Part shown: positions 47,329 through 55,489 of the stretch, piece after piece | How positions within the stretch are numbered: position 1 is the first letter of the stretch | Layout: the number at the start of each line of letters is the position of its first letter | Sequence record: MN850637.1 | DNA: 64,000 bases | From: Escherichia phage warpig | Strand: one strand, 5' to 3' | Translations under genes and position numbers: made by a program | Notes under the pieces: generated by a model | Database searches by the model: none | Seen by the model: only the letters and a program-made list of their open reading frames with translations | Told to the model about the DNA's origin: nothing

Positions 47329-47672
47329 TACAGTTTCCTCATTAAATACTTTTTAAGTTGTGTGTTAGGTTTCTCAAAAACTTCTATAGAAGATATCTTG
47401 ACAGATTCACCACGCATACCAGTATGTTTGAATATGTAGTACTCTAGCATCCCTATGTACTTTGCTGGTAAGTCATGCTTGACATATACCGTCACAGAAT
47501 CTTCAAACTCAACAACCTTTGTACCATCTTTGTAGTTAAACTCTTTAGGATGGTTGTAGTTGTCTATATCGTACATTAAAAAGAGTCTTTTACGTTGTAA
47601 GTCAAGCTTATTTGTTAAAGACTCTTTAATATCTGAGAAGTTTTTGTACACTGTGACATGGAGCTTACTCAT
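47328..47672 (-). CDS. hypothetical protein
   Basis: 114-aa ORF, translationally coupled. Confidence 0.45.
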   Translation of the reverse strand: MSKLHVTVYKNFSDIKESLTNKLDLQRKRLFLMYDIDNYNHPKEFNYKDGTKVVEFEDSVTVYVKHDLPAKYIGMLEYYIFKHTGMRGESVKISSIEVFEKPNTQLKKYLMRKL

Positions 47673-47958
47673 CGTTAAACTCTCTGACGAAGAAATAGTT
47701 GACTTTGTTATTACCTACCATAAGGTCAAAGCAGGTATTTTCAAAAGGTTTGTTGTAGGCATCGTATGAAATATATGGGTCAGCTACTTGCTTAGTGCTT
47801 AACTTCTTACTTGATGGATTTAAGAGGCCACCATACAGCTTCTTGATAGCCTCTTCTACAACAGACCAGATGATTTCGTCAGTAATTTCTTCGTACAGGT
47901 CAAGTTCACGCTCTAGTGAGAAGTCACAAATAGGGAAAATAACCTGTACTTTACTCAT
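47665..47958 (-). CDS. hypothetical protein
   Basis: 97-aa ORF. Confidence 0.4.
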   Translation of the reverse strand: MSKVQVIFPICDFSLERELDLYEEITDEIIWSVVEEAIKKLYGGLLNPSSKKLSTKQVADPYISYDAYNKPFENTCFDLMVGNNKVNYFFVREFNDE

Positions 47959-48362
47959 TAACGAATCACCTGTGAGACTTGAATTGCTTCAGTTACTGAC
48001 AAGTCACCTACTTTCTCTTCTTTGATAAAAGTGAAGGTGAGTTCAACAGGTTCTTGCTCTTCTTGCTCTTCTTGCTCAACTGGAATACCGTTAAGCTCAT
48101 CAAAGATTGATTGAGTTGTCCAGTCTTCTCCACCATCTGGGTAGTGGATTGCGTAAAGAGGGAACTCTAAATTATACCAAGCAAAAACAGGACAACCATC
48201 TGCATCATCTCGACATCTGTGGAGATATGTGTTTGTACCTTCAAAATGCAAATGAAGATTACCATTCTTCTCAAAGAGAAGAGCATCTTTCAGGTCTAAT
48301 TCTTCATTTTCACTGTAACGACTGACATCAACTTTAACGTGGATATGACTGCTATTATTCAT
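47958..48362 (-). CDS. hypothetical protein
   Basis: 134-aa ORF. Confidence 0.45.
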   Translation of the reverse strand: MNNSSHIHVKVDVSRYSENEELDLKDALLFEKNGNLHLHFEGTNTYLHRCRDDADGCPVFAWYNLEFPLYAIHYPDGGEDWTTQSIFDELNGIPVEQEEQEEQEPVELTFTFIKEEKVGDLSVTEAIQVSQVIR

Positions 48363-48753
48363 AAAAACCTCTCTCTGCTTGTTCGATTTTTGCTCTTAAA
48401 GCTTCACAATGTTGTAAATGATAGTTAGCTTCTTGTTCATGTGTTGCTAACTGCCTTTCAAGAACAGTTTTATAATAACTTGCGAGTTGCTCTTTTGTCA
48501 ATGGGTGTTCTGAAATAATATCAAGTCCACTTTCACCAAGAGGGTTGAATTGTCCATGTTCGTTGACATTGTAAGTCTCAAACTTGAACAGACCATTGTT
48601 CACAGACTCAATAGGCGACAGCTCAACAAGCTCTACAGTAAACCGTGTATATACCTTGTCACCTCTTGAAACCACATTGTTTCCGACAATGCGTACAAGC
48701 GAGCCATTACGAGTGTACTTAAAAGTTCCAAAGTCACTAGCCCAAAGTTTCAT
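48355..48753 (-). CDS. hypothetical protein
   Basis: 132-aa ORF. Confidence 0.45.
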   Translation of the reverse strand: MKLWASDFGTFKYTRNGSLVRIVGNNVVSRGDKVYTRFTVELVELSPIESVNNGLFKFETYNVNEHGQFNPLGESGLDIISEHPLTKEQLASYYKTVLERQLATHEQEANYHLQHCEALRAKIEQAERGFYE

Positions 48754-48771
48754 AGTTTTCTCCTTAGAAAA

Positions 48772-48795
48772 TAAAAAAGGCTCCCGAAGGAGCCT
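48772..48795 (-). terminator. rho-independent terminator (minus strand)
   Basis: On minus strand GGCTCC-TTCG-GGAGCC followed by TTTTTT, just 3' of lysozyme gene. Confidence 0.55.
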
Positions 48796-48804
48796 ATGAA
48801 GATA

Positions 48805-49269
48805 TTACTTTGGGTATACACTGTCAAGATAAATGTCAGCTTCCATTCTACGTCTGTTTTTCAGTCCGTTTGAAGTGACCTTCTGACCTTTGACTGTAAC
48901 CTTGTTCCACCACTGCATAGCTTCTGCACAACCTACCTTATTACCAGCATTGTGTCGCTTGATAAATGTAGAATCCTGCATAGCTGTGATACCGATGTTG
49001 TATGTTTCACTTACAAGTGCATCGAACTCGTTCTGAGAAGTTGGAACCTTGATAGCTTTATTCACTGCTGCAACGAACTTCTCAACATCTGCAAGAAGAT
49101 ACCGTTCAGCTTGTTCAGCAGTAATTTTCATACCCATCTTAACAGGTTTTCCGTCAATACGGATTGTACCATACCCGATTGTTGGGATTCCGGCAGAGTC
49201 TTCGTAAGCCTCTAACTTCAGACCTTCAAAGAACTTAATAGCATCTAAACCTTTTCTTGAGAGTTGCAT
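48805..49269 (-). CDS. lysozyme (T4-type, GH24 endolysin-like)
   Basis: N-terminal FEGLKLEAYEDSAGIPTIGYG matches phage lysozyme catalytic Glu-Asp-Thr region. Confidence 0.8.
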   Translation of the reverse strand: MQLSRKGLDAIKFFEGLKLEAYEDSAGIPTIGYGTIRIDGKPVKMGMKITAEQAERYLLADVEKFVAAVNKAIKVPTSQNEFDALVSETYNIGITAMQDSTFIKRHNAGNKVGCAEAMQWWNKVTVKGQKVTSNGLKNRRRMEADIYLDSVYPK

Positions 49270-50153
49270 TATGCCTCCCCTGCTGGGTTAACTGTAACTG
49301 TTGCCGCATTAGATGTTACAGAGCCACCTGCGCCAGTCACTACACAGGTGTAGCTTCCTGCATCAGCAGCGGTTGCACCTTCTTTGGTGTAAGTTGCAGC
49401 AGTTGCGTCTGGGATGACTTCCTCACCTTTCTTCCACTGGTAACCCGTTGCACCCGTTGCAGTCACTTCCAAGCTGATGTTTCCACCCTCATTGATGGTC
49501 TGGCTAGAAGGTTGTTGTGTAATCACAGGTAGTGCGTTCACAGTCACTGTTGCTGCATCTGAGGTAACACTTGTTCCACCCTCTCCAGATACAACACAAG
49601 TGTATGAACCAGCGTCAGAAGGTGCTACTGACTGTTTTGTGTAAGTTGCAGAATTGGCACTAGGGATGTCCTCACCATCCTTTTTCCATTGATATCCAGT
49701 GACATTAGTTGCAATAACGCTTAGGGTAAGTGTACCCCCTTCATTTACTGTTTGATTGGTTGGTTGCTGAGTGATTGATGGTGGCTTGATAGCATCCTTC
49801 AACTTAGCATTCAACATTGAGAACGGTTTAACTCTTGCCAGCCATTCACAATAAATTGTATCAACATCTTTACCATTGATAATTGCATATTGTAAGTCCA
49901 TGAAGAAGTCAGAAGTTCTCATTTGAGCACCAATGTTGTAAAGCAACTCATCACTAAATGGAACTTTGTAGTCTGGTTTGTAGTCAAACTCCTCAACTTC
50001 TGCAATATCAGCTTCAGGCCAATACGAACTATAGGTAAGCGGTAAAATAGCCTCTTGATATGCTCTAAAATCATATCTCTTACCAGCTTTTACGTTTGCA
50101 ATGAAGCCCTTCACAAACTCTTTGAAGTCTGGGTAAGTCTTTGCTTTAATCAT
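49269..50153 (-). CDS. protein with two tandem Ig-like domains
   Basis: Two about 85-aa repeats (TGYQWKKDGE...SYTCVVSG...ATVTVN) typical of Ig I-set; N-terminal domain paralogous to next gene. Confidence 0.6.
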   Translation of the reverse strand: MIKAKTYPDFKEFVKGFIANVKAGKRYDFRAYQEAILPLTYSSYWPEADIAEVEEFDYKPDYKVPFSDELLYNIGAQMRTSDFFMDLQYAIINGKDVDTIYCEWLARVKPFSMLNAKLKDAIKPPSITQQPTNQTVNEGGTLTLSVIATNVTGYQWKKDGEDIPSANSATYTKQSVAPSDAGSYTCVVSGEGGTSVTSDAATVTVNALPVITQQPSSQTINEGGNISLEVTATGATGYQWKKGEEVIPDATAATYTKEGATAADAGSYTCVVTGAGGSVTSNAATVTVNPAGEA

Positions 50154-50521
50154 TTCTTTTTAGCCTCTAAATGTGCGTTTAGTCTAAAATAACCTTTGTG
50201 ATGTGGAGATACATCACCAACAACAATACCTTTAACCTTATAACCCTTACCAATTACATACTGGATATCCATAAGGAATCTTCCAAGACCAACAATATGG
50301 AACATTGGATATAGTAGATTCTCAGAATCTGGAATATTGATTTCAGGTTTGTAGGTGCGTTGTTCGCTTGTTGGTGTAATATCTTCTTCAGGCCATTTGC
50401 TGAGTCTCCATGTCAAAGGTGTTGGGATAACATCATTAAGGTTGTACCTTTCACCATTTTGCACGGAATTGATATAGGATTGTAGGAAGCAATAAAAGTC
50501 TTTTGCACTCTTAGCTTTCAT
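50150..50521 (-). CDS. hypothetical protein (paralogue of N-terminal domain of Ig-like protein)
   Basis: Shares WPEEDI...YKPE...LLY...FLMDIQYVIGKG blocks with 49269..50153. Confidence 0.5.
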   Translation of the reverse strand: MKAKSAKDFYCFLQSYINSVQNGERYNLNDVIPTPLTWRLSKWPEEDITPTSEQRTYKPEINIPDSENLLYPMFHIVGLGRFLMDIQYVIGKGYKVKGIVVGDVSPHHKGYFRLNAHLEAKKK

Positions 50522-50568
50522 TAAATATCCTTATAAATAGTTAAAGGGGCATCAGCCCCTATTCACAC

Positions 50569-51159
50569 TTAAGCTTTAGTCTTAAGTAGGTTCTTAAGTT
50601 TTTTAAGATTCATACTCTCATCAAACTTAAAACCAAATCCATTGACATAATCAATGAACTCGGATTTCTTACTAAGTGACAATGCGTAACTCATATCAAA
50701 GTTCTTACTTGTTTCTGCGTCTGGACTAGAGTTCACATCAAATGAAATTTCTGTAGGTTCTTGCTTACTTTTTCTCATATTATCAGTCAACAAACATGTA
50801 TAGTTTGCTGGATAGAAGTTTACACTACCATCAACGTAGCTGTGCTTATTATTATGGATAAGGTTGGAAAATACCTTAAGGAATGTTTCTGAGTCGTGGC
50901 AAACAAGTTTGAATTGGCTGGACTCTCCAAGCGCAACTAATGAGTATGGACTTTCACTATCAAAGTCATAGTTTGGATTCGATGCCGTCACTGTTACACG
51001 CATCAAGTTATTAGCAATAGTCTTCTGTTTAAAAGAATTTTGAACATAGTGAAGACCCCGCTCACACTGACTGACTAGCTCTTTAAGTAGGTCATTTGCA
51101 TATGGTGAGTTAATTGATACAGAGCCATCACTATTGTAATTAAAACTTACTGTTAACAT
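50569..51159 (-). CDS. hypothetical protein
   Basis: 196-aa ORF. Confidence 0.45.
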   Translation of the reverse strand: MLTVSFNYNSDGSVSINSPYANDLLKELVSQCERGLHYVQNSFKQKTIANNLMRVTVTASNPNYDFDSESPYSLVALGESSQFKLVCHDSETFLKVFSNLIHNNKHSYVDGSVNFYPANYTCLLTDNMRKSKQEPTEISFDVNSSPDAETSKNFDMSYALSLSKKSEFIDYVNGFGFKFDESMNLKKLKNLLKTKA

Positions 51160-51386
51160 TTTTCAGTTCTCCTGCGATTTATAATTTTGCTGCAATAGAG
51201 AAACGAAGTAAACTCACTGGAAGAAACCACTAAGTGTTGTTCACTAGATTGAGCCATTGCCCTGAAATACATTCCAGTCAAAGCATCATAGTGACTATTC
51301 TTTCCAATTGAGGTTATATAGCCATGACTCTTTGCAGTTTGATATAAGTCTATAATATCTGCGATTTCTAATTGGGAACTACACAT
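51153..51386 (-). CDS. hypothetical protein
   Basis: 77-aa ORF. Confidence 0.35.
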   Translation of the reverse strand: MCSSQLEIADIIDLYQTAKSHGYITSIGKNSHYDALTGMYFRAMAQSSEQHLVVSSSEFTSFLYCSKIINRRRTEKC

Positions 51387-51550
51387 AGATAATCCTCTTG
51401 TCTTCTGTAATTTTGAAAGAACAGGTACAGACCAATTTCAGAGGATGAATAGTAGATTAATTCTACCCTTTTTGATTCCTTACAGTGATTGGTATTCTTA
51501 CCTTTCTTCGGTTTATTTGATTTTCTCATTAAGTCTCCTTTGTAGAACAA
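51368..51550 (-). CDS. hypothetical basic protein
   Basis: 60-aa ORF. Confidence 0.3.
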   Translation of the reverse strand: MFYKGDLMRKSNKPKKGKNTNHCKESKRVELIYYSSSEIGLYLFFQNYRRQEDYLCVVPN

Positions 51551-51778
51551 GGCAGACCTACAGCTTTAAGTAAGATGGTACAGTAATCCATACAACAAGT
51601 CAAGAACTATTGCAAGTTAAAAAAGTTGTTGACAAAGTACTTGACAAGGTGTAGGCTTATAAATACTTAGAAGATAACTTAAAAGGTTCCTCTAAAAAGG
51701 CTATTTAAACAGATATCTTTCTGGATATCTATCTTTTATCTTAAAAGCCTTTTAAGAGGTCTTATAAGAGGCATACCA

Positions 51779-52150
51779 ATGAAAAACAGAACAAACAAAG
51801 GCCAGTTTAAAAAAGGCCAGTCTGGAAACCCATCTGGAAGACCAAAAGGCTCTCGTAACAAAAGTTCACTCGTAAAAGCTCAACTGACCATTGATAATTC
51901 TGCTGAGTTTGCTGCAAAGTTGTTTGAGGCGATTGTTACAAGGGATGCTGCTAAGCTTGCAGAGTTCGGTTTGACGACTGACGATGTAAACCTGAAGTCG
52001 ATGATGGAAGCTGGTAAAACTATCATGACCCACTCAGCAGGTGAGATGAAAGCGATTGCAGCAGACACTAAGAAAACCCCTGATAATGGTGGTCAAACCC
52101 AGACAGATAACAAACCAACGTTTTCTGCTGTAGCGACTCTCAAAAAATAA
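51779..52150 (+). CDS. hypothetical protein with GNPSGRPKG motif
   Basis: 123 aa; N-terminal KGQSGNPSGRPKGSRNK, a motif I associate with some phage small-terminase-like proteins; weak. Confidence 0.4.
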   Translation: MKNRTNKGQFKKGQSGNPSGRPKGSRNKSSLVKAQLTIDNSAEFAAKLFEAIVTRDAAKLAEFGLTTDDVNLKSMMEAGKTIMTHSAGEMKAIAADTKKTPDNGGQTQTDNKPTFSAVATLKK

Positions 52151-52231
52151 TTTTAAAAGGTGTTGACAGACTCTATAAAGTTGCTCTAAAGTCTGTCACA
52201 TCAAACAACAAATGAGAGAAGAGAGTAAAAT

Positions 52232-53647
52232 ATGAGCGAATTATTTAAACATGCGCACCTTCATGCAGGTCGAACTGAAAATGGTGCTGTAAACCATACT
52301 TCATCAATGTCTGCTCTAGTAAACTTTTACAAAGCTGCTGGTTCAAGCCGTAGCAACGTAGAAATCTTACCAGACCTGTTCTACAAAGCTTTGCGTGAGG
52401 ATGTTGATGTTGCAGTTCGTATTTTGCTTCATATGCGAGATGTACGAGAAGGTATGGGTGAGCGTAAAGCCTTCAGAACTGTTTTGCTTCAAGCAATTGA
52501 AGACAAAGTTTTAGAGTCTACGCAGGTTCTTCGCATTATGGATAAGATTGCAGAACTTGGTCGTTTTGATGACTTCAAAATCTTCGTAGGTACTCGTTTC
52601 GAGACAGATGCCTTCAAACATTTAGAAGCAGCATTACTAGACCCTGCAACAGCAGGTTTGGCGGCTAAGTGGTTACCACGAGTCAAACCACGTCATAAGC
52701 AGTTTGTAAAACGTTTCTGCAAGTTTGCCAACTTGAGTGAGAAAGAGTACCGCACACTGTTGTCTGCACTATCTGATACAGTTGAGCAAAAAATCTCTGC
52801 TAATGAGTTTGGTAAGATTGACTACAGTAAGATTCCTTCACTTGCTGCTGCACGTTACCAAAAACTGTTTAACCGTAAAGATGGAGAGCGTTACAAAGCT
52901 TACATCGAGTCCTTATCAAAAGGTGAGACTAAGATTAACGCTGGTGCTGTTTACCCATACGATGTGATTAAATCTGTCAAGTATGGTAATGCAGATGTTG
53001 CTAATGAGCAGTGGAAAGCACTACCAAACTGGATGGCAGAAGGTGAAAACATCTTGTGTATGTCTGATGTATCAAGTTCAATGTCTTGGGTGAATTTTGG
53101 CTCCATTACTGCTCTGGATATTGGTGTATCACTTGCCTTGTATGTAGCAGAACGCAATACAGGTTGCTTTAAGAATGAGTTAATGGTTTATTCAACAAAC
53201 CCTCACTTCATCGAACTGAGTGGTGATTTACGAAACCGTCATCGTCAGGTGATGCGACACGTTGAATATGGCTCAACTAACTTACAAGCAGCTTTTGACC
53301 GCATTCTTGAAACAGGTAAAAGAAACAACTTGACTCAGAAAGATATGCCAAGTAAGCTTATCATCTTCTCCGATATGGAGTTCAATCAGGTTGATGGAGC
53401 TAACGGTCGTACAAACTTTGAAGCAATTCAGAGTAAGTACAAAAAAGCTGGATATGAGATGCCACAACTGGTATTCTGGTACTTAGCAAACCGTAATGGT
53501 ACTTGCGAAGTATCTGTTAAGGATAACGGTGTAGCAATGGTATCAGGGTTCTCTCCAGCCACTTTAAAAGCTCTGCTTGGTGGTGAGAAGTTTGACCCAA
53601 TCAGTGTAATGCTCAAAGCAGTAATGATTGACCGTTATATCTGGTAA
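52232..53647 (+). CDS. vWA-domain protein (possible TROVE/Ro60-like or DUF-type)
   Basis: 471 aa; MIDAS-like DVSSSMS and downstream vWA-like segment; N-terminal helical domain unassigned. Confidence 0.45.
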   Translation: MSELFKHAHLHAGRTENGAVNHTSSMSALVNFYKAAGSSRSNVEILPDLFYKALREDVDVAVRILLHMRDVREGMGERKAFRTVLLQAIEDKVLESTQVLRIMDKIAELGRFDDFKIFVGTRFETDAFKHLEAALLDPATAGLAAKWLPRVKPRHKQFVKRFCKFANLSEKEYRTLLSALSDTVEQKISANEFGKIDYSKIPSLAAARYQKLFNRKDGERYKAYIESLSKGETKINAGAVYPYDVIKSVKYGNADVANEQWKALPNWMAEGENILCMSDVSSSMSWVNFGSITALDIGVSLALYVAERNTGCFKNELMVYSTNPHFIELSGDLRNRHRQVMRHVEYGSTNLQAAFDRILETGKRNNLTQKDMPSKLIIFSDMEFNQVDGANGRTNFEAIQSKYKKAGYEMPQLVFWYLANRNGTCEVSVKDNGVAMVSGFSPATLKALLGGEKFDPISVMLKAVMIDRYIW

Positions 53648-53665
53648 AAAGTTTTAAAAAGGGTA

Positions 53666-53694
53666 TTGACAATGTGTTTAATACCCTTTAATAT
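53666..53694 (+). promoter_or_regulatory. sigma70-like promoter with overlapping palindrome
   Basis: TTGACA - 17 bp - TAATAT; inverted repeat GGGTATT...AATACCC spans the -35/spacer. Confidence 0.55.
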
Positions 53695-53756
53695 GTTCTA
53701 CATAGAAGCGAAATGAGAGCTTTTCTAAGATACTGAAAAATATTTTAAAAAAGTTC

Positions 53757-53786
53757 TTGACAACCACTAAAAAATAATGTTAAAGT
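53757..53786 (+). promoter_or_regulatory. sigma70-like promoter with overlapping palindrome
   Basis: TTGACA - 17/18 bp - TAAAGT; inverted repeat AACCACT...AGTGGTT in spacer; upstream of first tRNA. Confidence 0.45.
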
Positions 53787-53812
53787 GGTTACATAGAGTT
53801 TGAAAAGTTTAT

Positions 53813-53889
53813 CTCTGTTTAGCTCAGCTTGGTAGAGCGTTCCGTTTGGGGCGGTAAGGCCGGAGGTTCAAGTCCTCCAACAGAGACCA
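53813..53889 (+). tRNA. tRNA-Pro (anticodon TGG)
   Basis: Hand-folded: acceptor CTCTGTT/AACAGAG, D-arm GCTC...GAGC, loop TTTGGGG, T-arm GGAGG-TTCAAGT-CCTCC, CCA encoded. Confidence 0.7.
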
Positions 53890-53896
53890 AATTAAT

Positions 53897-53974
53897 GTTC
53901 CAGTAGACAAAATGGTAAAGTCACCACTCTTTCAAAGTGGATATTTGAGGGTTCAAATCCCTTCTGGAACGCCA
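53897..53974 (+). tRNA. tRNA-Glu (anticodon TTC)
   Basis: Acceptor GTTCCAG/CTGGAAC, anticodon stem CCACT/AGTGG, loop CTTTCAA, T-loop TTCAAAT, CCA encoded. Confidence 0.7.
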
Positions 53975-54064
53975 GTTTTGACAGAAGACCAATTACAGCA
54001 AACTTAATCTACTCATCTGACACGAAATCGGACAAAGAAGATATTTGGTCTGGTCATTAAGAAT

Positions 54065-54141
54065 TGCGGGTATAGAGAAAGGGCGTCTCACATGTCTCAT
54101 TAGCATGGTATCGGCAGGTTCGACTCCTGCACCCGCCTCCA
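54065..54141 (+). tRNA. tRNA-Met or Ile2 (anticodon CAT)
   Basis: T-arm GCAGG-TTCGACT-CCTGC, acceptor 3' ACCCGCC, anticodon loop CTCATTA; position 37 is T (atypical). Confidence 0.55.
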
Positions 54142-54182
54142 AATTTACAGAAGACCGTTTACAGCAAAACTTAAACAATCTA

Positions 54183-54255
54183 TTTCTCGGTAAAGAAAAG
54201 GCGAAGGTTCGATTCCTTCACTCGGCAGATGTCGAGTTGGTGTAATGGTAGCACT
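54183..54255 (+). ncRNA. tRNA-like locus with permuted half order (3' half then 5' half)
   Basis: Hairpin (54183-54198) + T-arm GAAGG-TTCGATT-CCTTC + acceptor 3' ACTCGGC-A, 3 nt (GAT), then acceptor 5' GTCGAGT + D-arm GTGT-AATGGTA-GCAC; anticodon arm unresolved. Confidence 0.35.
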
Positions 54256-54426
54256 TAAGATGGTAAACAACGGTCTGGTAATTATCTTTGTAGATAAGTT
54301 ATTAAGCTTACCTGTGAGTATGCGACCACAAAGGGTGAAGGGTAAATTCTAGATTTAAACCCAAAAAGGCACATCGCTACAGACCTTAAGCAAGTCTGGG
54401 TAGCTTATCTACAAAGATAATTTAAT

Positions 54427-54502
54427 GGAAGTGTAGCAGAATGGTGATGCGGCAGACTTTTAATCTGACAGGCGATGGGTTCGAATCCCTCCACTTCTAC
54501 CA
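54427..54502 (+). tRNA. tRNA-Lys (anticodon TTT)
   Basis: Acceptor GGAAGTG/CACTTCT, loop CTTTTAA, T-loop TTCGAAT, CCA encoded. Confidence 0.7.
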
Positions 54503-54506
54503 AAAT

Positions 54507-54583
54507 GGTTCAGTCGCAGATAAGGTAATGCAAGGGTCTCATAAGCCCTATGAATGTGGGTTCGATTCCCATCTGAACCTCCA
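54507..54583 (+). tRNA. tRNA-Met or Ile2 (anticodon CAT)
   Basis: Acceptor GGTTCAG/CTGAACC, anticodon stem AGGGT/GCCCT, loop CTCATAA, T-arm GTGGG-TTCGATT-CCCAT. Confidence 0.7.
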
Positions 54584-54585
54584 AT

Positions 54586-54660
54586 TGTGGGTTAGCATAA
54601 ATGGTAATGCAAACGGCTGATAACCGTTAGAAGAGGGTTCGATACCCTCACCTACAACCA
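54586..54660 (+). tRNA. tRNA-Ile (anticodon GAT)
   Basis: Acceptor TGTGGGT/ACCTACA, D-arm GCAT...ATGC, anticodon stem AACGG/CCGTT, loop CTGATAA, T-arm GAGGG-TTCGATA-CCCTC. Confidence 0.8.
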
Positions 54661-54675
54661 ATTTCAATAAAGTTG

Positions 54676-54704
54676 TTGACATTGAGATGTGACCACTTTA
54701 TAGT
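54676..54704 (+). promoter_or_regulatory. sigma70-like promoter inside tRNA cluster
   Basis: TTGACA - 17 bp - TATAGT. Confidence 0.55.
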
Positions 54705-54908
54705 AACCTTAGTTTTCGTTGCGTAGCGTCTATTTTGCAAATTTAAAATAAATGCAAACGACAATGTTTTTCTGGCAGTAGCTTGATAGGCTAAACACCA
54801 GTGAGGTCTTCCAATCCCTCATCAAAGAATTTGGCGTACTCGCCCACGGTATGATTAATAAGGTGGGCATCTTTAAGGGCTTTCTAAGAGAGTCTTTAAA
54901 GATAATTA

Positions 54909-54990
54909 CGGGGCGTATCTCATCTGTCTTCTAAACAGACGTTAACCGAGTAAGTGGAGTATGCGGGTTCGAGTCCTGCCGCCTCGACCA
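54909..54990 (+). tRNA. atypical tRNA-like gene (anticodon loop TCTAAAC, long extra arm, minimal D region)
   Basis: Acceptor CGGGGCG/CGCCTCG with A73-CCA, T-arm GCGGG-TTCGAGT-CCTGC, hairpin TGTCT-TCTAAAC-AGACG; only about 7 nt where a D-arm should be. Confidence 0.4.
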
Positions 54991-55004
54991 ATTTTGGAGA
55001 AATC

Positions 55005-55352
55005 ATGAAAACTTGTATTAGGTGCAAACTTAGCAAGGATGAAAATGATTTCTACATGAAAGATGGTAGGAGAACTCATTCATACTGTAAAAAGTGTGTT
55101 AATGAGCAAACCATAGAAAGACAAAGAGCACTTAAACTCTCAGCTATTGAGTACAAAGGTGGGGTTTGTCATGATTGTGGTAAGAAATATCATCCAGCAG
55201 TGTATGACTTCCATCATTTGAATCCTTCAGATAAAGATTTTAACATTGGTCATAGGAAAAGCCTTAAGTTCTCTCAAGAACTAAAAGATGAACTTGACAA
55301 ATGTGTTTTGCTATGTTCAAATTGCCATAGGGTAAGACATGCAAAGTATTAG
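55005..55352 (+). CDS. HNH endonuclease
   Basis: 116 aa from ATG with RBS GGAGAAATC; CxxC...YDFHHLNPSDKDFNIG...LLCSNCHR HNH motif; embedded in tRNA cluster. Confidence 0.7.
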   Translation: MKTCIRCKLSKDENDFYMKDGRRTHSYCKKCVNEQTIERQRALKLSAIEYKGGVCHDCGKKYHPAVYDFHHLNPSDKDFNIGHRKSLKFSQELKDELDKCVLLCSNCHRVRHAKY

Positions 55353-55489
55353 TTAGCAGATTACTTAGACGACCTAAGCGGGTCTTCCTGTAGGGAGGTG
55401 GTCTGTATCTCATGTTTTCCAGAACATGTAAATAATCTGAGAAGGGGCTTTACAGTGTTGAGATAATACGGTAAGCTTCGAATTATAGT

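Noticed and set aside
54705-54908. tmRNA or intron-containing tRNA upstream of the atypical tRNA-like element
   Set aside because: No 5' sequence complementary to the acceptor 3' strand CGCCTCG was found near the promoter, and no group I core motifs were seen; left as unexplained leader.
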